A stretch of 64,000 nt of DNA. Origin: Candidatus Cloacimonadota bacterium (GTDB taxonomy: Bacteria > Cloacimonadota > Cloacimonadia > JGIOTU-2). The notes beneath the pieces are model-generated. The model was not told the origin of the DNA. It was given only the letters and a program-made list of their open reading frames with translations, and ran no database searches. The position numbers and the translations under genes were made by a program. The stretch is taken from NCBI GenBank assembly GCA_049903315.1, contig JBNGBT010000003.1:160001-224000 (forward strand), read 5' to 3'. Shown piece by piece: positions 32,983-43,101 of this stretch. The stretch's first letter is position 1. Each line of letters starts with the position of its first letter.

Positions 32983-35919
32983 TCATTTGATCAGGTCTGC
33001 TTCGCATTTGACACAGTTTTTTCCAAGTTTCTTGCCCATATAAAGAGCCTGATCTGCCTGGTTTATAGTTTCGTCAATAGTTTTGTTTTCTTGATAAATG
33101 CTTAAACCCATTGTTATTGAAACATGAATATTCTTCCCAAGGAAATCAAATTCCTTGGATTTCACTTTCACTCGAATCTTTTCTGCAAGGATGAGTCCTC
33201 CATCAATGTCTGTTTGTGGAAGAAGAAGGAGAAACTCTTCTCCACCCCACCTTGAAACTGTGTCCTGTTTTCTCACATTCATGCACATAATATTTGCAAG
33301 AGTTTTCAATACTTCATCCCCGGTATCATGCCCGAACCGGTCATTAATGGATTTGAAATCGTCAATATCACAAATTATGATTGCAAAAGGTTTTTCGCTT
33401 CTTCCAAAGCGGCGTTTTTCATATTTTATCTTTTCCATGATATCCCGGCGATTTGAAAGCTGGGTAAGAGGGTCGGTTCTTGCGAGAAGTTCGAGTTTCT
33501 TATTTGCATCCTTTAATTTGTCTTCTGCAAGTTTTCTTTCTGCGATTCTGCCCAGTTGATCTGAGACTGCATGAAGCAGATGTGATTCTTCTTTTGAAAA
33601 AGGTCCGATGAAATCTTCTGGACGCGATTCAAGGTATCCTACCTCTATTGAACCGAGCACTTTATTGTATGAAACAATATCCTCGCTGATATGCCAATCG
33701 GTTGATTTATAATTTTCTGAAGTAAATATTTCATTATTCCAGGTTATTTTGACATAGGTGATTTCAGGATATATCCATGCTTGTGCAATGATCTCAAGAC
33801 TATTTTTGAGAACCATTTCCATTGAAATTTCAGGATCTTCAACAATATCCGAAATTTTATAGAGGCAGTTCAGTTCTTTTACTCGTTCGTTGAGTTCTTG
33901 AGTTCTCTGTCGAAGTGCATCTTCAGCAAATTTCCTGCTGGTTATATCTCTTGCAACTGCCTGAAATCCTATTATATTTCCACCTTCTAATAACAATGAG
34001 GTATTTTGTCCCAACCATGAATCTTTGCCCGTAAGTGTTACGATCTCGAATTCATGATATGTATTCATGGTTTTATCAAAGAATTGATGCTGATAAAAAT
34101 GTTTTAACTTTGCCCGATTCTTTTTTGTTACAATGTCAAGGCTGCTCCTTCCAACAATCTTATCTGCAGGCATGCCAAAGAATTTTTCTCCAACTGCATT
34201 TACATATGTAATATTTCCTTTTACATCCATACGATATATGATATCATTGGCATTCTCGACGAGTTCTCTATAACGTTCTTCACTCTTTCTAAGAGCTTCC
34301 TCAGCAATTTTTCTGTCTGAGATATTTCTATAAATACCATAAACCGCAAGCTGCCCGCCCTCAAAAATAATCGGTGTACCAAGAATCGACACATCTACTG
34401 GAGTGCCGTTCTTGTGCCAGCGAACTGTGTCAAAAGCAACTGTTTCACCATGTGCGATTTTATCGGTTACGTCTTTTGCTTCATCTCTGTATTCGCCGCG
34501 TGTAAGAAGCGTGTCGATTTTTTTGTATCTTGCTTCATCGATAGTATAGCCGAAAGTCCGCGTGAATTGCGCGTTCATCCTGAGAATACGGCTTTCGTTA
34601 TCAATGAGCACGATTGCTTCCGGGGCGTTTTCAAAAAGCTGTTCAAAATATGCGCGCTCGATCCGTTGGGCATCCTCTGCCCGTTTGTGTGAAATGGCTA
34701 TTGCAAGCTGTTCAGAAACGAATTCCAAAATTTCAAGATCATCCTTTGTATACAGGTTTTCATCTTCATAACTTTGAACAGCTACGACACCAATAACTTG
34801 TTTCTCTATCCTTAAAGGAACCCCAAGCCATATTTTTGATGGAGATCCCACACTCTCGATCAAGCCCTTTTTTGTCATTTTTATATTGAGTTTCTCATCA
34901 ACGAGAAGTGGTTTATTATGTTTGATCACATAGCCAGTGAGAGTTTTTCCAGCCGGGAAAGAGGTGAATTTATCTTCTTCGTCAATAATGTAGGGAAGAG
35001 AGATGGTGTCACTTGCTTTATCATATAGTGCGACATAGAAATTTGTTGTATCAATTATTTCGCCCAAATGTTTCTGTATAGATTGAAAAAGCTCTTGGAT
35101 ACTCTCTGTAGCATTCACTGCATTTGAGATGTTATAAAGTGCATTCTGAATGCGTTGTGCCTTATCTATTATTGTGATGTCCCTGAATGCAAGTACCAAT
35201 CCCGCTGTCTCTCCGGTCGTTTTAACAGTTGGGGAGATGCTTCCTTCAATTATTTTTTCCGATTCATTTCTGGTGATAAGAGTAGAAGAAGGTATTTTTG
35301 TTAATTTTTTGATATGTGAAGGATTATCTATGAGTTTGCATGTTTCTTTAGTTGTGTCGATACATGTTATTCGAAAAACTGAATTCAGGGGCTGCCCTTT
35401 CACCTCTTCAGACCATCCGGTAATCACTTTTGCTATATCGTTGATATACAGGATATTCCCTTTTTTGTCAGTTGTGATAATGCCGTCACTAATACTCTGG
35501 AGCGTGGTTTGAAGAAGCCGTTCATTCTCCCGGATTTTCTGTTCAAGAGCGTACCGTTCAAGTGCTATTTCGATGCCAGCTAAAAGTTCTTTTTTCTGAA
35601 AGGGTTTTATTATATATCCATATGGAGCAGTTTCTTTTGCGCGCTTGAGGGTTTCGTTATCAGAGTAGGATGTTGCAAAGATTATCGGCACTTTTATTTC
35701 ATCTAAAATTTTAGCTGCTGTTTGAATGCCGTTAATATCGCCCCCCAGAACAATGTCCATCAAAATCACGTCAGGTTTTTTTTCGGTAGCTTCAATGAGT
35801 GCTTTTTCTCCCGAAGTGCATATGCCCACGACATTATAATCTAATCCTCTCAACATAGCTTCAGTATTTTTAGCGACAATTATCTCATCTTCCACTATGA
35901 GAACATTAGTTTTTGTCAT
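32983..35919 (-). CDS. REC-PAS-GAF-PAS-PAS diguanylate cyclase
   Basis: IVEDE/LMDI/IKPF receiver, PAS repeats, GAF (WLGVPL), DPLT...NRR, DIDDFK.IND.FGH..GD, RKQD I-site, GGEEF. Confidence 0.92.
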   Translation of the reverse strand: MTKTNVLIVEDEIIVAKNTEAMLRGLDYNVVGICTSGEKALIEATEKKPDVILMDIVLGGDINGIQTAAKILDEIKVPIIFATSYSDNETLKRAKETAPYGYIIKPFQKKELLAGIEIALERYALEQKIRENERLLQTTLQSISDGIITTDKKGNILYINDIAKVITGWSEEVKGQPLNSVFRITCIDTTKETCKLIDNPSHIKKLTKIPSSTLITRNESEKIIEGSISPTVKTTGETAGLVLAFRDITIIDKAQRIQNALYNISNAVNATESIQELFQSIQKHLGEIIDTTNFYVALYDKASDTISLPYIIDEEDKFTSFPAGKTLTGYVIKHNKPLLVDEKLNIKMTKKGLIESVGSPSKIWLGVPLRIEKQVIGVVAVQSYEDENLYTKDDLEILEFVSEQLAIAISHKRAEDAQRIERAYFEQLFENAPEAIVLIDNESRILRMNAQFTRTFGYTIDEARYKKIDTLLTRGEYRDEAKDVTDKIAHGETVAFDTVRWHKNGTPVDVSILGTPIIFEGGQLAVYGIYRNISDRKIAEEALRKSEERYRELVENANDIIYRMDVKGNITYVNAVGEKFFGMPADKIVGRSSLDIVTKKNRAKLKHFYQHQFFDKTMNTYHEFEIVTLTGKDSWLGQNTSLLLEGGNIIGFQAVARDITSRKFAEDALRQRTQELNERVKELNCLYKISDIVEDPEISMEMVLKNSLEIIAQAWIYPEITYVKITWNNEIFTSENYKSTDWHISEDIVSYNKVLGSIEVGYLESRPEDFIGPFSKEESHLLHAVSDQLGRIAERKLAEDKLKDANKKLELLARTDPLTQLSNRRDIMEKIKYEKRRFGRSEKPFAIIICDIDDFKSINDRFGHDTGDEVLKTLANIMCMNVRKQDTVSRWGGEEFLLLLPQTDIDGGLILAEKIRVKVKSKEFDFLGKNIHVSITMGLSIYQENKTIDETINQADQALYMGKKLGKNCVKCEADLIK

Positions 35920-35963
35920 GTGCACTCTTTTCTAATTATTATCTGATATTAAAGCAGATTATG

Positions 35964-37229
35964 TTATTTCAGTAACATCACATAGATGATACCAAAGTAC
36001 TGGTCTGGTGAAAAAACAGGTTCCAAAATGAATATTGCACTGTCTCCTTCGAGAAGATTTTTTTCAAAAACAGCAGATTCCTTATTCTCTACTGCACTGA
36101 TAAATTTTTGATATTGTTCATTTATGCCGTCGCGCGTCTCACGATAATTATAATTTAAAAGTGAATGCTCAGACGGGAAGCCAAATCGGCTTGTTGCGGA
36201 TGTATCCGTCCATTGGATACTGTAGATGTATGGATACGTCGTGTAAAAATTCTCAAAGCACTTTTTGATGCTTTCTTCATCATTCTCAGAAAGGGCTGTG
36301 AGTAATTCGTTCCGCAGGACGAAATCCTTTAGATTCTTCTGGATATATTTTATGGATTCTTTTGATTCTTTTGGTGCTTCTGCACCGGATAAAACCGAAG
36401 TAAGCACCAGTTTCCATTGAATATCATACAAGCCGACAGTTTCCCAGAAGCACTGTTTTTCTACGGGTTCGGTCATAGTGTCGGAAAGGAATGTATATGA
36501 ACCAAAACCAGTTTTATTATCAATAATTTCTTGTCCGAGTATGCGAAGATTTTCATAGGGTTTATACATCTCATCTGTAAAAAGATTTCTTCCGATCTCT
36601 TCTTCATTGCGATCGTAGAGGATAATGCCGTCCTTTTGCATAACCCAGATGTTCACAGGGACACCTTTGATGATAGGTTTGATTATGTCGGGGAACATGT
36701 GCTCAGGGCGTATCAGCATACTGAGTGAACCAATGAAGGTGTTATCTTTAGAGAAAATTGGATATTGGATATCAACTGCCTGAAATCCCTCGACAGCCAG
36801 GAAGGCATTACTCATCACAGGCATATGCGTTTGGTGTATTTTTTGCACCTGTGCCTGATCCTTGATATCATGCCCTTCAAATGACCTGAATTCCTCCGGT
36901 TCGACCACGATCATGATGCCGTTTGTGTCTACAATACAGCAATCAAAAATAAAAGAATGGCGTGCAGGAAGCCCTTTTAAAATATTTCGAACTGAATCAC
37001 TTGTCAGATCGTATTGAGAGATTTGATTGGCTGCATGAGAAAAATCTTTATCGGCATGCGTCAATTCGGATTGCACACTCTCTGTTACTTTTCTCAGCAC
37101 GATAGAGCGAGCTTTTTCTGAGGGTGACATCACTTGCCGCGGACGAAGGACTTGTTTTAAAATTACTACTGATACCACGATTACAGCAAGTACAATAATA
37201 AAGGGGAGTATTTTTTTCAAATTAATCAC
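35964..37229 (-). CDS. Membrane-anchored Cache-domain protein without cytoplasmic output
   Basis: Single N-terminal TM, dCache-like region (P.MS..F..VEG, WVMQKDG.ILY, EIGRNLF); GTG start adjoining upstream stop. Confidence 0.7.
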   Translation of the reverse strand: MINLKKILPFIIVLAVIVVSVVILKQVLRPRQVMSPSEKARSIVLRKVTESVQSELTHADKDFSHAANQISQYDLTSDSVRNILKGLPARHSFIFDCCIVDTNGIMIVVEPEEFRSFEGHDIKDQAQVQKIHQTHMPVMSNAFLAVEGFQAVDIQYPIFSKDNTFIGSLSMLIRPEHMFPDIIKPIIKGVPVNIWVMQKDGIILYDRNEEEIGRNLFTDEMYKPYENLRILGQEIIDNKTGFGSYTFLSDTMTEPVEKQCFWETVGLYDIQWKLVLTSVLSGAEAPKESKESIKYIQKNLKDFVLRNELLTALSENDEESIKKCFENFYTTYPYIYSIQWTDTSATSRFGFPSEHSLLNYNYRETRDGINEQYQKFISAVENKESAVFEKNLLEGDSAIFILEPVFSPDQYFGIIYVMLLK

Positions 37230-38117
37230 TTATTTAGGAGGATAGTAGCCGCAGCCAACGACAAGGATTTCTCCATCAACAAGTGCTTTTTTCACAAATA
37301 CACGTTTCAGGGAAGGTTCTTCCTGTCCGGGTTTGGGCCACATATATTCATTCCAGCACTGATCTCTGTTCTTGATGATTTCAAGTTCTTTTTTTACAAA
37401 AAGCTGTCCATCAGCATCTTTAAGTTCCATAATGTTTGTGCCTTCAAGTTCGGGAAATGCAGCATTGAAGAGTTCGTTTCCTTTCATATCCTTAATAAAA
37501 ATATAGCAATTTATGAATCTGTAGGGTCCTGAAACAGCTCTTAGCTCGTCAAAAGCATCTTTGCCCTTTTTTGTAAGGAGTTTAGCTGCCTGATCTACAT
37601 TATATATCACAAAAACTTTATCAACCGGCATTTCATATAAGCCGCTGCCCACGAGATATGCTTTGCCGGAGGGTGTGACTGCCTTTTTCAAAAAGGTGCT
37701 TTTCCAGATAGGAACTTCGCTGTCTGGTTTGGGCCACTCGTAATGAACCCATCCCTCACCTGTTTCACCGGATACTGCTTCCACAAATAATGTTCCTATC
37801 GGTTTTCCGTTGATGTCTTTGAGGTCAAGCATGTTCTTTCCTTCACCGGATATGTCCGGAGGATATACATAGCGCATACCGTCCAGCCCCCACACGAAGA
37901 TATACAGATCGTCATGATACCATTCGCTGCCCTCTATTCTGAACTGTGGGAATGCTTCCTCCCCATATTCTCCTATCAGGTCAACAGCTCTATTCACAAA
38001 GGATACGAGATCTTTTGTCTTGTTATAGTCATATTGAGGTGTGGTGCTTGTACATGCAAATAACAAAATAAAAGAAATGCAGAGAATGAAAGAAAGAAAA
38101 TACGTAATCTTTTTCAT
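37230..38117 (-). CDS. Lipoprotein with two tandem sCache_2-like domains
   Basis: Lipobox LFAC; two repeats of YIF..D.G....P..EG.N...LKD..G....W..Y.WPKP. Confidence 0.8.
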   Translation of the reverse strand: MKKITYFLSFILCISFILLFACTSTTPQYDYNKTKDLVSFVNRAVDLIGEYGEEAFPQFRIEGSEWYHDDLYIFVWGLDGMRYVYPPDISGEGKNMLDLKDINGKPIGTLFVEAVSGETGEGWVHYEWPKPDSEVPIWKSTFLKKAVTPSGKAYLVGSGLYEMPVDKVFVIYNVDQAAKLLTKKGKDAFDELRAVSGPYRFINCYIFIKDMKGNELFNAAFPELEGTNIMELKDADGQLFVKKELEIIKNRDQCWNEYMWPKPGQEEPSLKRVFVKKALVDGEILVVGCGYYPPK

Positions 38118-38254
38118 ATGCACTCCATAGTATGTAGTTTTTGCACACAGTCTGATTAGGAAAATATGTCAAGAATTTTAGATATAATACCACATACTAA
38201 TCGAGGATATCACTTTTTAAATGATTAATCTGCTAATACTCTTTTAACACCTAA

Positions 38255-39376
38255 TTACTTTTGAGGAGTAATGTCTTCAATATCTTGTTTTTTAGGGGAG
38301 TCAAGCGATATGTGAATAATATTATTGCCAATGTCTGAAAAATCTATCTTATCAAGGTATAAAGAGCGTACTCGTCTGTTATGTTGTGTGTGATAATTAA
38401 GCACATGATCAGTAAGATCCCATGCCGTAGTCCAAATCGTAGAACTCCGCATACCTTCCATGTCGCTCGAAGTATCGAAGCCCTCAGCAGCGCCAAGAGG
38501 TAAATTAAAGTTATCAAGAATTCTAAATACTTCATACACAGTTTCTGCTGAAGTCGGAGTAGGTCTGGAAGTTCCTGTCCAGGCAACTGCACGAACAAAT
38601 CGCGAAGGAGGAGTATTATCGCCGGGCAACCCGAGCATTCCGCTGCCTGCGCCCATAGGTGCGAAGTCAAGTCCATCGATTTTTTTATCTGGATATGGGG
38701 CAGCAGAAAGATTTATATAATTTCGTAAATTGGTCATATGCCAATCGTAAGTAGGTCCGTTTGTAATAACTCCTAAGGGATTATCGAAGATTTTCATCTC
38801 ACCATTAGCGAACTCAATAACAATGGAATTACCTTCTGAGTCGGTCACCATCCAATGAGCATAAACAGGGATCCCGATTTCTTCTTGTACAACAGGGACA
38901 ACCCGCACTGTTCTCATGCCTTCTCTCACTTCTGCAATAGTTGAAAACTGCGAAAGTATATAATTTGTCACATCAAGTGCTGTGATACTGATGTCTGCTT
39001 TATCATTTTCATAGCTTGGGTAGCATGCAAATCCTACATGATAGAACAGCCCGGCAGCCAATCCTCTCTCGTTCATGCCGTCAGCAATGAAATCCTGACC
39101 AAGCATATCGAGACCGACAACACCATATTTTGCTTTCCATTTCTTGCCGTTCTCGCCATCCGGAGTCAAGCCCGTGAAAGAATATCCGCGAGGAATAATG
39201 GTAACCCGGGATTGCAGGTCAAATTTTCCCCATTCCATTGTGCGACCGTACACAACACCATTGTCCGTTGCGATCAATCTGATTCCTGTACACGCATAAA
39301 CGGAATGAGTGAGGGTTCCAAATACAAGCAGCAATCCTATGAAAATAGGGATGAGCGTTTTTTTATTCAGTTTCAT
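38255..39376 (-). CDS. Choloylglycine hydrolase / penicillin V acylase family Ntn hydrolase
   Basis: Signal peptide then nucleophile CTG, GRTMEW, DGMNE.GL, TN.P...H..NL.NY, LPGD.TPPSRFVRA. Confidence 0.9.
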   Translation of the reverse strand: MKLNKKTLIPIFIGLLLVFGTLTHSVYACTGIRLIATDNGVVYGRTMEWGKFDLQSRVTIIPRGYSFTGLTPDGENGKKWKAKYGVVGLDMLGQDFIADGMNERGLAAGLFYHVGFACYPSYENDKADISITALDVTNYILSQFSTIAEVREGMRTVRVVPVVQEEIGIPVYAHWMVTDSEGNSIVIEFANGEMKIFDNPLGVITNGPTYDWHMTNLRNYINLSAAPYPDKKIDGLDFAPMGAGSGMLGLPGDNTPPSRFVRAVAWTGTSRPTPTSAETVYEVFRILDNFNLPLGAAEGFDTSSDMEGMRSSTIWTTAWDLTDHVLNYHTQHNRRVRSLYLDKIDFSDIGNNIIHISLDSPKKQDIEDITPQK

Positions 39377-39547
39377 TTTTTATCTCCTTCTATTTTGAAT
39401 TAGTGTGATGAACCAGGATATTTCCGAATTGTTCGTTATTTTCATTTATTGTAAAAAGGAAATTCTATCCCGTATGTGTCAAATATTTCCCTTTTTATAT
39501 CTAAGCAATTGAGAGTGATAAATTAGCTATGTCTGGGATGCGCTCAT

Positions 39548-41176
39548 TTACCCACGCTTTCCATACGCCTGTTTCTTGTTTTTACCCTCTTTTTTTTTCT
39601 TCGCATGAGTGATCAGAGGTTTTTTATCTCTTCCTCTGAAATTCATTATGATCTTCTCTGCTTTATCAAAGGGAACGGTTATAAATGAGAAGTTGTCCAT
39701 AACCTGCACATCTCTGATATCTTTGCCCTTGATGGAGACTTTACTCGTCACAAGATCGACAAGTTTTCTCGCATCCAACCTATCTTTTTTGCCCAATGCG
39801 ACAAAAAGCCGTGCTTTACCCTGCCCATCAAGCTGCCTTCCTTTGCCGCTGACCTCTTCTATCTCATTATACGCATCAGGATTGAGTTCTTCTTCAAAAG
39901 AATAATGGAGTAATGCTGCCAGTATTTCAGTCTGATTATGATCTCCAAGCAATTCCTTTGCCCATGCATAAAATTTTGTGTCGACCTTTTGCTCAAGGAC
40001 AGATTTCAGATCTTCATCGATCTTGTTCTTCTTCGCAGCGATAATATCTTTCACGACAGGAACTTTTGATTTTTTAATATCAGTCTTTGCTGCTTTTTGT
40101 ATGAACATCATGCGCTTATATTCGCTGGGAGTAATAAAGGTTATAGCCGTGCCCTCATTCCCCGCTCTTCCTGTGCGTCCTATCCGGTGAACATAGGAGT
40201 CCGGATCCTCGGGGAGAGAATAATTTATCACATGTGAAAGGTTGACCACATCGATTCCACGTGCTGCCACATCTGTTGCAACAAGGATATTGGCTTTTTG
40301 CTTCTTGAATTTTTCCAGAGTTTTTTCTCGTTGAGCTTGCGTGATATCTCCATGAATTGCTTCTACATCATACCCTCTATCATTGAGATGGGCTGCAAGA
40401 TTATTCACATCATTCTTTGTTCGGCAGAAGATCAGCCCGTAAAAACCGTCTTCGATGTCGATTATCCTGCAGAGAGCTTCAAATTTATCTGATGCTTTTA
40501 CCTCGAAGTATATCTGCTCTGTCAGGGCATTTATCAATTGCTCTTTTTTCACCGTAAGAAACTCATAACCTTTCATGTATTTGTGAGCAAGGTCCTTTAT
40601 TCTTTTTGGAATCGTTGCAGAAAACAGGAGCGTTCTTTTGTTGGGATTTGTATGCTTCATGATCTCTTCCATATCGTCGACGAATCCCATGTTGAGCATT
40701 TCATCTGCTTCATCAAGGATCAGGTGCTCGATTTCTCCGATCTTCAGCGTTTTTCTGTTAAGATGATCGATGATTCTGCCAGGAGTTCCTACGACTATAT
40801 GCACACCCTTTTTCAGTCTGCGCAGTTGCTGATCAATTGATTGGCCGCCGTAAATCGGCACTATTATGAGATTCTTGTCACCCTTGAGCGAATTAATCTC
40901 TTCCGCTACCTGAATAGCAAGTTCCCGAGTTGGAGTCAGAATGAGTGCCTGGACTGTATTCGAATCCTGGTTGATCATTTCTATCAACGGCAATCCGAAA
41001 GCCGCTGTTTTGCCGGTGCCTGTTTGTGCTTGAGCGATGATGTTCGTGTCATCTCTAAGCATGATGGGAATCGTTATGATCTGAATTGCAGTTGGTTCCT
41101 CAAATCCCTTTTTATTTATTGCCTCGAGCACTTTTGCCGAAAGCCCGAGATCGCTGAATGATTTTTTGTTTTCCAT
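39548..41176 (-). CDS. DEAD-box RNA helicase with DbpA-type C-terminal RNA-binding domain (DeaD/CsdA-like)
   Basis: AQTGTGKT, PTRELA, TPGR, DEAD, SAT, ARGID, HRIGRTGRAG. Confidence 0.93.
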   Translation of the reverse strand: MENKKSFSDLGLSAKVLEAINKKGFEEPTAIQIITIPIMLRDDTNIIAQAQTGTGKTAAFGLPLIEMINQDSNTVQALILTPTRELAIQVAEEINSLKGDKNLIIVPIYGGQSIDQQLRRLKKGVHIVVGTPGRIIDHLNRKTLKIGEIEHLILDEADEMLNMGFVDDMEEIMKHTNPNKRTLLFSATIPKRIKDLAHKYMKGYEFLTVKKEQLINALTEQIYFEVKASDKFEALCRIIDIEDGFYGLIFCRTKNDVNNLAAHLNDRGYDVEAIHGDITQAQREKTLEKFKKQKANILVATDVAARGIDVVNLSHVINYSLPEDPDSYVHRIGRTGRAGNEGTAITFITPSEYKRMMFIQKAAKTDIKKSKVPVVKDIIAAKKNKIDEDLKSVLEQKVDTKFYAWAKELLGDHNQTEILAALLHYSFEEELNPDAYNEIEEVSGKGRQLDGQGKARLFVALGKKDRLDARKLVDLVTSKVSIKGKDIRDVQVMDNFSFITVPFDKAEKIIMNFRGRDKKPLITHAKKKKEGKNKKQAYGKRG

Positions 41177-41462
41177 ATATTTCTCTTTTTTATTTAAAGC
41201 AGTATGATTGATTATTTCCCATTGTATTTTTTTAATATGTCCATGGTTGATGGTGTTCACCAGCATAGGATAGGGGATACCGCTATTTATGAACCATAAT
41301 TTATGTGCCTATTTTCTTAGGCAATTAATATCTTGTTTAATTTGTGAACGCTACAGTAATTGTACTCATTTACTAATGCATTTTGATATGATCAATTAAT
41401 CAATATTTTCTCGTGCTTGTCACAAGCTCTTTAACGTATGACAAGAGTTTTCACATTTATCT

Positions 41463-42074
41463 TTACTCTTTCAAGCTCTCGACAAGTAGCCGAATTACAA
41501 CCATTCCGGGATCGTCTACCCCAATCGTTTTATTGCCGAATATCCGTGCCCTGCCCTGTTTGCACGGCAATTCTCTAAAATGATCTAAGGTTTGAGTAGC
41601 AGCTTTGTCTACTGTTTCCAATAGTGTATGTTTATTATCAGCATCTTTAAGTGCATCACGAATTCCTGCTAGTTCATCGAGGACTGTCTTATCGCCCAAT
41701 TTGCTTTTTCCTCTTAAAGCCATTTTTTCAATCACAACATCAAGGATATGTGGCAATCTTTCCCATGGAACTTCTGACATATTTTTTGTTTCTTTAGCAG
41801 CAGCCATGAGTCCCGTTGCGAAAAGTGTGGCAAAAGATGAAGCACGGGTACTTGTAAACGCCTGTGCACACATCATGAATGACATGCCCACATCATCAGG
41901 AAATTCAGGAGTTTTAGTCATTATTGCACTAAAGCCATTTTTCATAGTGATGCCTATGTCCCCGTCACCGATAAAATTATCACGCTTGTTCAATTCATCA
42001 GCAGATTTTTCCATCTTATCTGCCATTAATTTGATTGCTGTTATTATGGTCTTTGTAGTGAATCCACTACTCAT
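41463..42074 (-). CDS. dhaL: Dihydroxyacetone kinase subunit L
   Basis: LN..D..IGDGDIG, RGKS..GDKT.LD, GRA, DDPG. Confidence 0.85.
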   Translation of the reverse strand: MSSGFTTKTIITAIKLMADKMEKSADELNKRDNFIGDGDIGITMKNGFSAIMTKTPEFPDDVGMSFMMCAQAFTSTRASSFATLFATGLMAAAKETKNMSEVPWERLPHILDVVIEKMALRGKSKLGDKTVLDELAGIRDALKDADNKHTLLETVDKAATQTLDHFRELPCKQGRARIFGNKTIGVDDPGMVVIRLLVESLKE

Positions 42075-43077
42075 AACATCCGACTTTCCAGAAAGCACAA
42101 TCACATGGTGCTTTGAGAAGAAGCTCAAGCTCTTCATCCAGAAGACAGATCGTGAGTGTCATGCCTGCCATTTCCATCGACGTTGCATAGCGTCCAACTA
42201 AAGGCATGACAATTTCAACACCAATATCATCGAATTTCGATTTTATATATCTATAAGCTATGTATAATTCTTCTAGAGGTGTTGCCCCGAGACTGTTTAC
42301 CAGCACAGAAATCCGATTTCCCTTTTTTAATGGCATATCAGCAAGAATAAGTTCTAACATTTCTTGAGCAATCTCGTCCGCTTTTTTCAATGTTCCGCGC
42401 CATACACCAGGCTCGCCATGAATCCCCATACCCATTTCCATTTCATCCTCTCCGATCTCAAATCCGGGTTTTCCTGCCTGTGGTACAATGCACGGCGTTA
42501 AAGCCATTCCAATTGAGCGGCAAGCATCAGCAGCTTTCTGCGCCACTCTGGTTACTTCAGTAAGGCCGGCTTTCTCATCGGCTTTTGCACCCGCGATCTT
42601 GAACGCATAGACTAAACCGCCAGTTCCACGTCGTTTTTCTTTTTCCTCGGGAGGAGCACTTGCAACATCATCAGCCAGTGTCACTGTCGTTGACTCAAAG
42701 CCTTCCATCTCAAGCATTTCACCAGCCATGTCGAAATTCATGACATCGCCGCCGTAATTGCCATAGAGACGCAAAACACCTACACCGCTGTTTGCCTGAC
42801 GCATGGTTTCTGCGATTTGTTCTGAAGTAGGGGAACAAAATACATCTCCGATCGCTGCAGCATCAAGGAGTCCTTTGCCGACATAGCCGGTAAAGATAGG
42901 AAGATGTCCCGAACCGCCACCTGTAACGATGCCGACTTTTCCTTTTATTGGTGCTTCAGGTCGAACAATGACACGTCCTTGTGGACCAGTCTGCTTGTAA
43001 TATTCAGGATGTGCAGCACATAATCCCTCGAGCATTTCGGCAACATAATTTTCAGGATCGTTTAAAATCTTTTTCAT
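42067..43077 (-). CDS. dhaK: Dihydroxyacetone kinase subunit K
   Basis: GGGSGH.P, GYVG.G.LD, NYGGD.MNF, DDVAS, RRG..G, GMGIHGEPG, SLGATP.EEL, TS.EMAG. Confidence 0.9.
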   Translation of the reverse strand: MKKILNDPENYVAEMLEGLCAAHPEYYKQTGPQGRVIVRPEAPIKGKVGIVTGGGSGHLPIFTGYVGKGLLDAAAIGDVFCSPTSEQIAETMRQANSGVGVLRLYGNYGGDVMNFDMAGEMLEMEGFESTTVTLADDVASAPPEEKEKRRGTGGLVYAFKIAGAKADEKAGLTEVTRVAQKAADACRSIGMALTPCIVPQAGKPGFEIGEDEMEMGMGIHGEPGVWRGTLKKADEIAQEMLELILADMPLKKGNRISVLVNSLGATPLEELYIAYRYIKSKFDDIGVEIVMPLVGRYATSMEMAGMTLTICLLDEELELLLKAPCDCAFWKVGCYE

Positions 43078-43101
43078 CAATATGCCCCTTGTATATAGGT
43101 G

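Noticed and set aside
41177..41460. Long leader of the DEAD helicase with CTTGTCA-N16-TGACAAG inverted repeat (41416-41445)
   Set aside because: Only a 7-bp arm and no recognisable RNA motif; compatible with chance or a weak terminator
41463..43077. Idea that DhaKL supplies DHAP/G1P for the ether-lipid operon
   Set aside because: About 12 kb away, a separate transcription unit, and no G1P dehydrogenase nearby; no supporting evidence
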